Part shown: piece by piece, positions 18,362-28,374 of the stretch
How the letters are laid out: every line of letters starts with the position of its first letter
How positions within the stretch are numbered: position 1 is the first letter of the stretch
NCBI GenBank assembly: GCA_033763315.1
Contig: JANRKS010000009.1
Span: 64,001-128,000, forward strand
Direction: 5' to 3'
From: Deltaproteobacteria bacterium
GTDB taxonomy: Bacteria > Myxococcota_A > Polyangia > Fen-1088
DNA length: 64,000 nt
Notes under the pieces: model-generated
Told to the model about the DNA's origin: nothing
Database searches by the model: none
What the model saw: only the letters and a program-made list of their open reading frames with translations
Program-made: the position numbers and the translations under genes

Positions 18362-21094
18362 ATGACCACGCCGACCACGCCTTCATCGCCCGAAACCCAG
18401 GACACTCTCGAGAAAACCTACGACCCGAGCCGCCTCGAGAAGCGTTGGTACGACCATTGGGTTGAGAAGAAGTACTTCCACGCCGACGCGCAAGCTCCCA
18501 AGGCGCCGTGGTCGATGGTGATCCCGCCACCGAATGTCACCGGATCGCTGCACATGGGGCACGCGCTCGGCAGCACCATCGAAGACATCTTCACGCGCTG
18601 GCGCCGCATGGCCGCCTACAACGCCATGTGGCTGCCCGGCACCGATCACGCGGGCATCGCCACGCAAACGGTGGTGGAACGCGAGCTCATGAAAGTGGAG
18701 GGCAAGACCCGCCACGATCTGGGTCGCGACGAATTCATCAAGAAGGTGTGGAACTGGCGGGAGCGTTCAGGCAACCGCATCTTGGATCAGCTCAAGGCGC
18801 TGGGCTGTTCGCTTGACTGGGATCGCCTGAAATTCACGATGGATCCCGATTATTCGGCGGCCGTGATCGAGTGCTTTGTGCGTTTGCATGAAGAAGGCCT
18901 GATTTACCGCGCCGAACGCTTGATCAACTGGGACGTGGAAAGCCGCACGGCCCTGTCTGATCTGGAAGTGGAATACAAAGAGATCCAGGGGGAGCTTTAT
19001 GAGTTCGCGTATCCCTTGGCCGATGGCTCGGGCGAATTGGTGGTGGCCACCACGCGCACGGAAACCATGCTGGGTGACACCGCGGTGGCCGTGCATCCAG
19101 ATGATCCCCGGCACGCGGGCAAGATCGGCAAGATGATCAAGCACCCGATCTTGGGCTACGAATTTCCGATCATCGGTGACGCCACGCTGGTGGATATGGA
19201 ATTCGGCACGGGCGCGGTGAAGGTGACGCCCGCGCACGACCCCAACGACTTTGAGTGCGGTAAACGCCACAACCTGAAGATGATTTCGATCTTGGATGTG
19301 GCGGGCAAGATCAACGATAACGGCGGGCCATTCAAAGGCCTCAGCGCCAAAGAAGCACGCAAAGCGGTTAAAGCGAAATTGGCGGAGTTGGGGCTTGAGC
19401 GCGGCAGCAAAACGATGACTCACTCCGTGGGTTTTTCGCAGCGTTCTGACACCATCGTGGAGCCGATGCTTTCCACGCAGTGGTTCGTGAAGATGGAGCC
19501 TTTAGCGGCGCCTGCCATCGCCGCGGTGGAAGAGGGCAAGGTTAAGTTCGTTCCTGAGAGCTGGTCAAAAACCTACTTCCACTGGATGAACAACATCAAA
19601 GACTGGTGCATCTCGCGCCAGCTGTGGTGGGGGCACCGTGTGCCCGCGTGGCACTGCGCCGATTGCAAAGTGCCCACCGTGGCGCGCACCACGCCCGATA
19701 GGTGCGCCCACTGTGGCAGCACGAAGCTCACACAAGACGAAGACGTGTTGGACACGTGGTTCTCATCCTGGCTGTGGCCGTTCGCCACGCTGGGATGGCC
19801 GAACGAAACGCGCGAGTTGAAGACCTTTTATCCAACCACGGTGTTGGATACGGGTTACGACATTTTGTTCTTCTGGGTGGCGCGCATGATCATGGCGGGC
19901 TTGCACTTTATGGGCAAAGTGCCTTTCCGCACGGTGTACCTGCACACGCTGGTCACCGACGAAAAGGGCGAGAAGATGTCGAAGGTCAAGGGCAACGTGA
20001 TTGATCCGCTCGACATCATCGAGAAGCACGGCGCCGATTCGTTGCGGTTTGCGCTGGCGTGGCTAACCACCAGCGCTTCGCAAGGCAAGAACATCAAGTT
20101 TGCGATCGGCAACGTGGACGACGCGCGCCGCTTTGCCAACAAGATCTGGAACGCCACGCGCTTTGCGCTGATGAACCTGCAAGACTATGAGCCAAACCGG
20201 TTCGCCGATCGCACGGCAGAAGGCCCCGATGGCGCCGAGTTTGAGCTGCCCGAGCGCTGGATCTTGTCGCGGGCGCAACGCGTGTCGGATGACGTACACA
20301 AGGCGCTGGAAGAGTTCCGCATCGCGGACGCGGCGCAAATCATTTATCACTACATTTGGAACGAGGTGTGCGACTGGTACATCGAGTTGGCCAAAGGCCG
20401 CCTTTCGAAAGACGCTGGGCCGCAGGCCGCGGAAAACCGCTGGAAGGTGCAAGGCGCTCTCGTGACGGCGCTTGATGTGGCGATGCGCCTGCTGCATCCG
20501 TTTATGCCGTTTATTACCGAGGAAATTTGGCAAAAACTGCCAAAGCCCGATACGGCGCCTCAAAGCATTGTCATCACGTTGTACCCCATCACCGACGTTC
20601 GCTTTGTTGATGAGGCAGGTGAGGCCTCGATGGATTTGGTGCAGCGGGTGGTCACCGCGATCCGCTCGGTGCGCGCCGAACGCAACATTCCGTCGATCGC
20701 GCGGAACGCTGTGATTCTGACCGTGGCCGACGATTACAAGAAAACGATTCTCGACGGCTATAAGTCGATCGTTGCCGAACAAGCCAAGTGCAAAGAGGTG
20801 ACGGTGCGCCGCACGGGTGGCGCCCCTTCTGAGCCCGTGGCGGTGGCGATGGCGGGCGATGTGGAGGTGATGGTGGTGCTTGAATCTGCGGCCGACGCCG
20901 GAGCAGAAAAAGACAAGCTGCAAAAAGAACGCGCCAAACTTGTGCGCGACGTGGAGTTCTACAACAAACGCCTTGGCAACCCGGCCTTCGTTGATAAGGC
21001 GCCGCCCGACGTGATTGAGAAGGACAAAGCGCGGCTTGCGGACACGCACGCGGCGCTGGCGAAGGTGGACGAAGCGCTTGCACGTCTAGGATGA
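18362..21094 (+). CDS. valS: Valine--tRNA ligase
   Basis: PPPNVTGSLHMGH, DWCISRQLWWGH, KMSK, C-terminal coiled-coil arm. Confidence 0.98.
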   Translation: MTTPTTPSSPETQDTLEKTYDPSRLEKRWYDHWVEKKYFHADAQAPKAPWSMVIPPPNVTGSLHMGHALGSTIEDIFTRWRRMAAYNAMWLPGTDHAGIATQTVVERELMKVEGKTRHDLGRDEFIKKVWNWRERSGNRILDQLKALGCSLDWDRLKFTMDPDYSAAVIECFVRLHEEGLIYRAERLINWDVESRTALSDLEVEYKEIQGELYEFAYPLADGSGELVVATTRTETMLGDTAVAVHPDDPRHAGKIGKMIKHPILGYEFPIIGDATLVDMEFGTGAVKVTPAHDPNDFECGKRHNLKMISILDVAGKINDNGGPFKGLSAKEARKAVKAKLAELGLERGSKTMTHSVGFSQRSDTIVEPMLSTQWFVKMEPLAAPAIAAVEEGKVKFVPESWSKTYFHWMNNIKDWCISRQLWWGHRVPAWHCADCKVPTVARTTPDRCAHCGSTKLTQDEDVLDTWFSSWLWPFATLGWPNETRELKTFYPTTVLDTGYDILFFWVARMIMAGLHFMGKVPFRTVYLHTLVTDEKGEKMSKVKGNVIDPLDIIEKHGADSLRFALAWLTTSASQGKNIKFAIGNVDDARRFANKIWNATRFALMNLQDYEPNRFADRTAEGPDGAEFELPERWILSRAQRVSDDVHKALEEFRIADAAQIIYHYIWNEVCDWYIELAKGRLSKDAGPQAAENRWKVQGALVTALDVAMRLLHPFMPFITEEIWQKLPKPDTAPQSIVITLYPITDVRFVDEAGEASMDLVQRVVTAIRSVRAERNIPSIARNAVILTVADDYKKTILDGYKSIVAEQAKCKEVTVRRTGGAPSEPVAVAMAGDVEVMVVLESAADAGAEKDKLQKERAKLVRDVEFYNKRLGNPAFVDKAPPDVIEKDKARLADTHAALAKVDEALARLG

Positions 21095-21107
21095 TGCGCG
21101 GAGCGTT

Positions 21108-22067
21108 TTAGGGCAACGCGCGTGTGATGATGGCGGTAACGCCGGGGGCGAAAGCGCTCATGGCGAAACGCTGCACGAGCACGTTGCCCGAAATCACGCG
21201 CGCTTCGGGAGGCGAGGTCGACGCCATCACATGGCCCTCGATGCCCCACGTCCATCTTCGCCAAGCGAAGGTGACGCCCGTGGCCGCATAGGCTCCCCAC
21301 CAGACGCGCCATTGCGTGCGGCTGTCAAAGCGTGGGTCGGTGCTGTGTCCCGCAAGGGCGGTGGCCAACGCGAACGGACCGGCCATGAAGTGCAACTTCG
21401 TTGTTCCCCGGCCCGCATGCAACATGACGGCGGGCAAGGCGCCGAACGCTTTGGCATCCACGTTGCCAGCCACAGTCGAAACTTCACCGAATGTGGCCAG
21501 CGCTTGTGTTGTGATAGCAAGCCATGGGCGCGCAAACGGACGCCACAGCACGCCTGCACGCACCAACGGAGCCCACCGCCACGCAGGGCCAAGGCGCAAA
21601 GCACCGATCGCAAACAATGCTTCAAGCTCGTGTGGCTTTGGTGGGGAATCGATGGTTGGCGCTGCCGCTTTCACCACAGAGGGCACGACCTGCGGCGCGA
21701 TGTGCACGTTGTCGCGACGGCCGGCCACGATGAGTTCCGCCGCGGCCAACGCCAAAAGGCGCGTGTTGAGACCGGGGTCATCGGAAGCCAAGGTGAGCCG
21801 TCGCGAGGCTTGTGCCATGGCGCCATCCTTGACGGACACCAATGGCCCCTCGTTGTCGCAGGCGACATCGATCTGCGTGGGTTGTGCCCCCAAAGCCTCT
21901 ACGCCTGCGGCGGACAACTCAATGGCGATGAGCTTTTCCGCTTGTGCCAAGTTGATGGCCACGCAAGCATGGGCACGCAGCTGCACCCGTGCCGGTGCCG
22001 CGAAAGCTGAAGCGCTCAACATCCACAGACCCAACCCAACGGCCGCTGCAAGGCCACGAGGCTTCAC
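21108..22067 (-). CDS. Exported hypothetical protein of the ECF/FecR cassette, possible C-terminal beta-barrel
   Basis: Signal peptide; amphipathic beta-strand-like C-terminal half; overlaps the upstream stop. Confidence 0.6.
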   Translation of the reverse strand: MKPRGLAAAVGLGLWMLSASAFAAPARVQLRAHACVAINLAQAEKLIAIELSAAGVEALGAQPTQIDVACDNEGPLVSVKDGAMAQASRRLTLASDDPGLNTRLLALAAAELIVAGRRDNVHIAPQVVPSVVKAAAPTIDSPPKPHELEALFAIGALRLGPAWRWAPLVRAGVLWRPFARPWLAITTQALATFGEVSTVAGNVDAKAFGALPAVMLHAGRGTTKLHFMAGPFALATALAGHSTDPRFDSRTQWRVWWGAYAATGVTFAWRRWTWGIEGHVMASTSPPEARVISGNVLVQRFAMSAFAPGVTAIITRALP

Positions 22068-23170
22068 TCCAAGGCCCCGAACCGTTTCACGGCGCGGCTT
22101 CGTCGGCCTGCGGGGAAGGCTTGCAGGTAATCTTTGGCCGCGCGCTGGGCCTCAACGACGTCGCCTGCCTTAAACGATGCCTCCACCTGACGGGCAAGCG
22201 CGTCCTCGGCGAGATCGCCTCGCGGCGACAACCTGCGGCTCAGGGCAAATGCGTTGGCGGCTTCTTTGGGGCGGCCTAATTCTTCAAGCAACACCAAGCC
22301 CATGGTAAACGCCGCGAGGCTGGCGCGGGGATCGCGGTTGAACTTTTTCACGAAGCGATCGAGGTGCGGCAGCGCTTCGGCGGGATGGTGCGAAAGCCTG
22401 GCAGCGTCGGCGGCCAGCAGCAGATCGCCCGGATCTTTCCATGATTCGTCGTGGTTGTTCAAAGAGCGTTGCAGCTGCGTGAAGGCTTCATCAAAGCGTC
22501 CGCCTTGGGCCAACCTTTGCCAAGCTTGCGGTGCAGGGCGGTTCGCACTTACCGCTGGTTTGAATGATGGCAGGTTCGTTGCACTCGCAGGTGGCGTGGT
22601 GGCTGCGGGCGCACGAGGTGGCCACGTGAAACTTTGCCCTGCGTGCAATTGCGAGCGCTTGTTGCTGGTCTGCACCTGCACATGACCTTGCAACACTTCG
22701 ATTGCCACCTGGCCGGGGCTCTGTTGCACCACGAATGATGCGGAAAGAACCTGAACAAATAGCGACTGTACGTAAAGCGAAAAGGGAGCGCCTGCAGCTG
22801 CGGCCACATCGACTTGAACATGCGCGCCCAGCAAGTCCCACGCGCGTGCATCGGGCGCAACGCGTGGCTTCGTCAATGCATTCGGGTTTTCGTCAGCAGC
22901 CAACGACCGCACTTGCACGCCTGCGGGCAAAGCCGCTGCTTGTGACAAATACGAGGGCGCAAGAGGTTGCACTTCAAGGCGCGATTGCAGCCAGAAAAAG
23001 ACACCAGCCGCCGCGGCCAACATACCCATCATGAAGGTCAAAGGACGACGCCGCCCACGCGTGAGCCGGTGGTTGAGCGCGCGGTGTACAGCCTCGGCCC
23101 GCGCTGGTGTCCAGGCGGAAACGACGTGCGCCCTCACCTGCGCCACGGGTTCATGGTTCGTCATCGTCAC
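22064..23170 (-). CDS. FecR-like anti-sigma factor with C-terminal TPR-like domain
   Basis: Single TM, FecR-like V.VL.G.V.V segment, helical tail LAEDALAR..EA...YL..FP.G. Confidence 0.75.
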   Translation of the reverse strand: MTMTNHEPVAQVRAHVVSAWTPARAEAVHRALNHRLTRGRRRPLTFMMGMLAAAAGVFFWLQSRLEVQPLAPSYLSQAAALPAGVQVRSLAADENPNALTKPRVAPDARAWDLLGAHVQVDVAAAAGAPFSLYVQSLFVQVLSASFVVQQSPGQVAIEVLQGHVQVQTSNKRSQLHAGQSFTWPPRAPAATTPPASATNLPSFKPAVSANRPAPQAWQRLAQGGRFDEAFTQLQRSLNNHDESWKDPGDLLLAADAARLSHHPAEALPHLDRFVKKFNRDPRASLAAFTMGLVLLEELGRPKEAANAFALSRRLSPRGDLAEDALARQVEASFKAGDVVEAQRAAKDYLQAFPAGRRSRAVKRFGALE

Positions 23171-23711
23171 TCCTTTGGGCCTCGCCAGTCACCACCATGC
23201 CCGTTTCGTGTATCCATCGCTTCGCGGTGGCCAAAGAGCAGCCACACACGTTCGCCACGTAGGCCAGTGGCTCTTGCTCCACGACGCGCAAAACCCAGGC
23301 CGCGCGCCGCCGCGGGGACACGGACTCAAGACGTTGGTAAACCCGCGCAATCGCGGCGCACTCTTCAGGCGACGCTCCGGGCCACACCACATCATGGGTC
23401 AAGGAAGCCAGGCCCAAAAAGCGTTTGAATTTGCGCGTGCGCAAGCGCCGCGTGGCCGCCCGCACGGTGATGGTGGCCAACCAGCCTTTGACCGCGTCCG
23501 CATCGCGCACGGTGCGGAGCCCTTTGCATGCATCAACGAACACGTCTTGCACGAGATCATCAATTTCATCATCGCGGCCCAGAATGCGGATGCCGATGTA
23601 GGCCACATAACTGCTGTGTTCGCGGTAAAGCTGCGCCAACGTCATCGCCGGCTTCACGGCGTCATCTGCCGGCGCTGTCGGCAGAAGTTTGAGGTGGGGC
23701 ACGTTGGGCAT
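23151..23711 (-). CDS. ECF sigma-70 factor
   Basis: DDLVQDVF, GWL..I region 2; region 4 HTH VA..CGCSLATAKR. Confidence 0.88.
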   Translation of the reverse strand: MPNVPHLKLLPTAPADDAVKPAMTLAQLYREHSSYVAYIGIRILGRDDEIDDLVQDVFVDACKGLRTVRDADAVKGWLATITVRAATRRLRTRKFKRFLGLASLTHDVVWPGASPEECAAIARVYQRLESVSPRRRAAWVLRVVEQEPLAYVANVCGCSLATAKRWIHETGMVVTGEAQRSDDDEP

Positions 23712-23771
23712 GCGGAGGGAATCGCTAGATAGGTGGCAACAAGCTGTGAAGTTGGCTCATACGAAGCGCCA

Positions 23772-25052
23772 CTATTTTTGCGGCCATCCCACGGGATCTA
23801 GTGCCACTTGGGCTTGGGCGTCGAGTACGGCTTTACTTACGCTGTCTGGCACCTGTGGCCTTGAAGCCGCGGGCCACCAGGATGAAGCGCCCGCGTAGAG
23901 CCACACATAGGCATCCGTTGAGCGCAAGGCCGCCGCAATGCCGCGCGGCAGGTCAGCCGTTGTGGGGCGCGGCACGGTTGCCGGAACGGGGTTCATGAAC
24001 GCGTCCATGTCGTAATCGATCATCAAACCAAAGGACGCGGGCAGGGGCACCGAAAGGCGCATCGAGGTGGCGGCGTCGCACGTAACGGCATAGCGCGCGG
24101 GCCAAAGCAAAGGCCCACCCGCGCCCAGCCCATCCCAGTGGGTGACGACGTCGGGCTGCCAGGCTCGTTCAAGTTGATTGTGATCGGCGTGAACCAAGCT
24201 GCGAAACATCTGGAAAGGAGCCGCGGCGCGTGCGGGATACGCGGGTAAATACCCATCAATCAAACGGGTTTGGCCATTGGCAAGGCCCTGCCGCAAGCCA
24301 TCCAAAAACGCGGGATAAAGCGCGTAGGGATGGCTGGGCAGCGGGCGCCCCATGATGCAGACCTCTCGCCACATTTCGCTGTAGCCCCACAACAAAATGA
24401 GTTCGGCGCCGGGGAAGCCGCGCACCAAGGCTGCCGCCATTTCCGAGCCTCGCTTCAACACTAGGGCTTCGTCGCTGTCAAACGATCGATCTGTCGCCAC
24501 GGCGAAAACGCTTCGACCATACATCTGGTTTTCCAACCAAAGGCCTCGCATGCCTGCGGCTGCGGCTGACCTGGCCGCCATCTCCAAGTTGCGAACGATG
24601 ACCGCAAAAGCCGCTTCGTCGTCCCAAGTCATAGGCAGGCGGTTCAAACTTATCTTCTGAAAGTTGTGGACCAAACCGAGGTCACGCAACCCGCGGGCGG
24701 CTGCTTCAGCCTGTGCGAAGTCTCCAGAGGCAATTTCGGTGGGGGTTGCGAACACATCATCAAGCCCCAAGTCCAAAACGGCCCCCTGAAACGGTGAGGG
24801 CCCCTGGGCCAGTTGTGTCTGCAGAGCCTGGATCTCCGCGGTGCCAGTGACTACATCCTGGCTCACCGCCAGGGTCCGTAAGGGCAAAGGTCTTGCCACC
24901 AAAACGTTCGCGTCCCCGGAACAGGCGACGGCCAACGTCAACATAGGACCTATGGCCCACGGGCGGGTGCACACCCCGAAAAGATAACGAGCGCCGCGCC
25001 AGAAGCCACCTTTTGCGAAAGATGAAAGTATTTTCGATCGGGCCTGAGCCAA
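23772..25052 (-). CDS. Hypothetical putative lipoprotein, possibly glycoside-hydrolase-like barrel (start uncertain)
   Basis: Long ORF co-oriented with the ECF cassette; lipobox-like AVAC; no confident family motif. Confidence 0.55.
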   Translation of the reverse strand: MAQARSKILSSFAKGGFWRGARYLFGVCTRPWAIGPMLTLAVACSGDANVLVARPLPLRTLAVSQDVVTGTAEIQALQTQLAQGPSPFQGAVLDLGLDDVFATPTEIASGDFAQAEAAARGLRDLGLVHNFQKISLNRLPMTWDDEAAFAVIVRNLEMAARSAAAAGMRGLWLENQMYGRSVFAVATDRSFDSDEALVLKRGSEMAAALVRGFPGAELILLWGYSEMWREVCIMGRPLPSHPYALYPAFLDGLRQGLANGQTRLIDGYLPAYPARAAAPFQMFRSLVHADHNQLERAWQPDVVTHWDGLGAGGPLLWPARYAVTCDAATSMRLSVPLPASFGLMIDYDMDAFMNPVPATVPRPTTADLPRGIAAALRSTDAYVWLYAGASSWWPAASRPQVPDSVSKAVLDAQAQVALDPVGWPQK

Positions 25053-25073
25053 AAATGGTTCACGCTTTCACCA

Positions 25074-26774
25074 ATGGGCGTAATGTCCTCTTCTGCGCCC
25101 CAAGGCCGGCCCCGGGCCCGGTGTCTTTACGCGTTGGTTGTTCCCGTGTTGGTCATGCAAGCCTGCACGGGCGCCATCCCGGGTGATTCTGATGCCAAAG
25201 TCACCGATCTTTCGGATGACTCGCCCGATTCGCCGCCGCCGGGCAGCAAAGCGTGCGCCTCGTTGCCTGTGACCGAACGCAGGGCCGTTCCTCTGCGTCG
25301 GCTCACCCGCATCGAGTATGCGAACACCGTCCGCGACCTGTTGGGTGTGACCGTCAAGGACATGACGGCCTTGCCCGCAGATGATGCGTTGGGTGGCTAT
25401 TTTGCCAACGCCACGTTGACGGTTTCGGCGGCAGATGCCGAGTCGTACCAACAATCGGCGGAGACGGCGGCCGCCGCGATGGCGGTGACGAAATCCTTGC
25501 CATGCGATGTGGTGACACAAGGTGAACGCGGTTGTGCCCAAACATTTATCACGAACTTCGGTATGCGAGCGTTTCGTCGCAAGATATCCGACGATCGAAA
25601 GGCCGCGCTGCTCGCGCTTTACGACAACAAGCGCGCGCGTGGCGACTTCGAAGGCGCCATTCGTTTGGTGGTCGCCACCATTTTGCAATCAGCTGGGTTT
25701 CTTTACCGTGAAGACGAAACGACGAACGATGGGCGCCTTTCGGATTACAGCTTGGCCACACGGCTTTCGTACTTGTTGTGGGCCAGCCCTCCTGACGCTG
25801 AACTCCTGGAGCTGGCAGCCAAAGGCCAACTAAACGACCTTACGGTGATGAAGGGTCAAGTTAAGCGGCTTATGTCCAGCACCCGTGCGGATGCCGCGTG
25901 GTCGAGCTTCATTGGCCAATGGCTTGGCATGCCGAAGCTTGAGCAGATGTCGAAGGATGCAAGCCTTTACCCGCAGTTCACAGCCGCACTGAAAACATCG
26001 ATGCAGGCGGAAGTTGATAGGTTCGCGGTCAGCGTCTTTCGCGGTCAGGAGCCAACGTTGCAAAAGCTTCTGCAATCGAACGTTTCATTCGTAGATTCGT
26101 CGCTTGCAAAGCTTTACGACGTGCCGGCGCCCGCCAAAGACTTTGATCCCGTGACCTTGCCCGCCGAGCGGCGTTTCGGCGCTTTGACCTTGCCTGGTTG
26201 GTTGGCCGCAACGTCATTGCCGGATCAACCTTCGCCCATTCATCGAGGCTTGTTCATACGGCGGCGTTTGTTGTGCCAAGAGGTACCCGATCCTCCGCGT
26301 GACCTCATGGTGGTGGCACCCAAATTTGACCCCAACGTTCCAACCAAACAGCGGCTCGAAGCACATCGAAGCGATCCCAGCTGCTCTGGTTGCCACGCTC
26401 TCATGGATCCCTTGGGCTTTGGCTTTGCACACTACGACGCCATCGGCCGCTACCGCACGATGGACGGCAACACGCCTGTGGATAGCAAGGGGGCTTTGAC
26501 GGGCACCACGGCGGACGGCGACTTCGATGGCGCGCGTGAGTTGGTAAGCCAGTTGTTGAAAACCGACGAAGTGGCTTCTTGTTTCACCACGCAGTGGTTG
26601 CGATTTGCGCGCGGTGTGGCCGAAACGGAGGCCGAAATCTGTGAAATTGAACAAGTTACGGCGCGCTGGAAGGCGGACAACTTCAACATCTTGACGATGG
26701 TGGCGCAAATCGTTCAAAGCCCGCTGTTGATGCGCCAGGGCTCGCAGTTGCCTTTCGAGGAGTCTTCGCCATGA
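25074..26774 (+). CDS. DUF1587/1595/1592/1588/1585 lipoprotein with a heme-c motif
   Basis: Lipobox QAC; LRRLTR.EY.NTVRDL, LATRLSYLLWASPPD, SPIHRG, CSGCH, DPLGF. Confidence 0.88.
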   Translation: MGVMSSSAPQGRPRARCLYALVVPVLVMQACTGAIPGDSDAKVTDLSDDSPDSPPPGSKACASLPVTERRAVPLRRLTRIEYANTVRDLLGVTVKDMTALPADDALGGYFANATLTVSAADAESYQQSAETAAAAMAVTKSLPCDVVTQGERGCAQTFITNFGMRAFRRKISDDRKAALLALYDNKRARGDFEGAIRLVVATILQSAGFLYREDETTNDGRLSDYSLATRLSYLLWASPPDAELLELAAKGQLNDLTVMKGQVKRLMSSTRADAAWSSFIGQWLGMPKLEQMSKDASLYPQFTAALKTSMQAEVDRFAVSVFRGQEPTLQKLLQSNVSFVDSSLAKLYDVPAPAKDFDPVTLPAERRFGALTLPGWLAATSLPDQPSPIHRGLFIRRRLLCQEVPDPPRDLMVVAPKFDPNVPTKQRLEAHRSDPSCSGCHALMDPLGFGFAHYDAIGRYRTMDGNTPVDSKGALTGTTADGDFDGARELVSQLLKTDEVASCFTTQWLRFARGVAETEAEICEIEQVTARWKADNFNILTMVAQIVQSPLLMRQGSQLPFEESSP

Positions 26775-28150
26775 AGTTCTTGCGCTCATCTTCCATGACA
26801 CGTCGACGGTTGGTAGCGCAGTTTGGTGCGGGCGCGGCCTTGGCCCCGTTTGTGCCTTTGCTTGAACCGCGTAGCCATGCGGCAGCGGCGGCGCCTCCCA
26901 AACGATTGATCTTCCTCTACAGCTCCAACGGCATGACGCGCGAAAAATGGTTGCCAACCATGCAAGGTGGTCAGCTCGTGATGTCGGAGATTCTAAAGCC
27001 CTTGGAGCGACACAAGGCTGACGTCCTCGTCATTGATGGCCTCGGTTACAACGTCACGAAAAAGGGCGAAAAGGATGGCCACTACGGTGGCATGAATGCC
27101 GCTTTGACAGGTAGCCCGCCCAAAATCATCGATCCGGCAGAGGAAAACAGCCTTGCCACAGGGCCCTCGCTTGACCAGGTGGTTGCAAATGCCATCGGCG
27201 CCCAAAGCCGGTTTCGTTCGTTGGAGCTGGGCATTCAAGTCGACACTTACGCCGCCACCGTCGCTGCGCTTTCGTATCGGGCCGCGCTGCAACCGATCAT
27301 CCCTGAGAACGACATCTATAAAACGGTGACCCGCGTGTTTGGCAATTTCGCACCGGCCGACACAAGCCAAAACAAACTTATCGAACAACAACGCCTCGAT
27401 CGCAAAAGCGCAATTGATTTCGTGCTGAGCGATCTGAAGAGCTTGCGTGGGCGATTGGGCGCTCATGATCAAACGCGCCTCGACGCACACCTCGATTCGG
27501 TTCGCCAGCTCGAGATGGCGCTTGCGCCTGCGGCGTCAGCCACGCAGGCGTGTGTTCCCGTGCAGCCCGGCACCAAGCTTGATTACCGCAAGAACGACAA
27601 CATCCCGGCGCTTGGGCAGTTATCGATGGATCTGTTGGTGATGGCGATGGCTTGCGACCTGACCCGCGTGGGCACGATTCAGTATGGGCGCGCCGGTGCG
27701 CAACATCGCTTCACGTGGCTGGGCAGCGATTTTTTAACCGACCCCGACAACGGGCCGAACGATTCAACGAGCGGCATTCATGGCTTGGCCCACAACGAGG
27801 GAAATCCTTCCTCGCGCGCCAAGCTAGCGCGTTGCCACACTTGGTATGCCGAACAAGTGGCCCTGTTGGTGGATAAGTTGAAGGCCATTCCAGAAGGCGC
27901 CGGCACCATGGCCGACAACACGTTGGTTGTGTGGATGAACGAAATGGGGACCGGCAACCACAGTTTGCAAAATACGCCATGGACGTTGGTGGGGCGGCTC
28001 GGCGGCCAATTCAAGACCAACCGCGTGTTGGCATTTGCGGGTCAAGCGCACAACCGGCTTTTGGGCAATGTGGCGCAGGCGTTCATTGGCGGCGACGGAA
28101 AATTTGGTGATCCCGAATTCGGCAACGGGCCTTTGCCGGGGCTCAGCTAA
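26771..28150 (+). CDS. DUF1552 (HXXSHH-type) Tat-exported protein
   Basis: TRRRLV signal, PKRL, ILKPLE.HK, GPSLDQ, LDAHLDSVR.LE, ACDLTRV, HGLAH, ADNTLV. Confidence 0.88.
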   Translation: MKFLRSSSMTRRRLVAQFGAGAALAPFVPLLEPRSHAAAAAPPKRLIFLYSSNGMTREKWLPTMQGGQLVMSEILKPLERHKADVLVIDGLGYNVTKKGEKDGHYGGMNAALTGSPPKIIDPAEENSLATGPSLDQVVANAIGAQSRFRSLELGIQVDTYAATVAALSYRAALQPIIPENDIYKTVTRVFGNFAPADTSQNKLIEQQRLDRKSAIDFVLSDLKSLRGRLGAHDQTRLDAHLDSVRQLEMALAPAASATQACVPVQPGTKLDYRKNDNIPALGQLSMDLLVMAMACDLTRVGTIQYGRAGAQHRFTWLGSDFLTDPDNGPNDSTSGIHGLAHNEGNPSSRAKLARCHTWYAEQVALLVDKLKAIPEGAGTMADNTLVVWMNEMGTGNHSLQNTPWTLVGRLGGQFKTNRVLAFAGQAHNRLLGNVAQAFIGGDGKFGDPEFGNGPLPGLS

Positions 28151-28165
28151 TCGGGTGAAAGACCG

Positions 28166-28304
28166 GGCCAGATCAACGAGGGCGACATCATCCCCAACTT
28201 CGATCTACAAAGGCATTTTTGGCATGGAACACGGCACCTCGAAGCCTGGCGAAGCGGGCAAAAAGGCCTTGATCGACGCTTACGCGGCCGCCGACAGCTT
28301 CTGA
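28166..28304 (+). pseudogene. Internally deleted hydroxypyruvate-isomerase-family (Hyi-like) remnant
   Basis: GQINEGDIIPNF abuts, in another frame, YKGIFGMEHGTSKPGEAGKKALIDAYAAADSF*; both resemble non-adjacent Hyi-family segments. Confidence 0.5.
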
Positions 28305-28374
28305 AACCCGGGTGAGTGCTGGCTCACTTGCGGCGCAGCGGGCGCGGGCTTTTTTCGGTATGGTGGGGCCCAAC

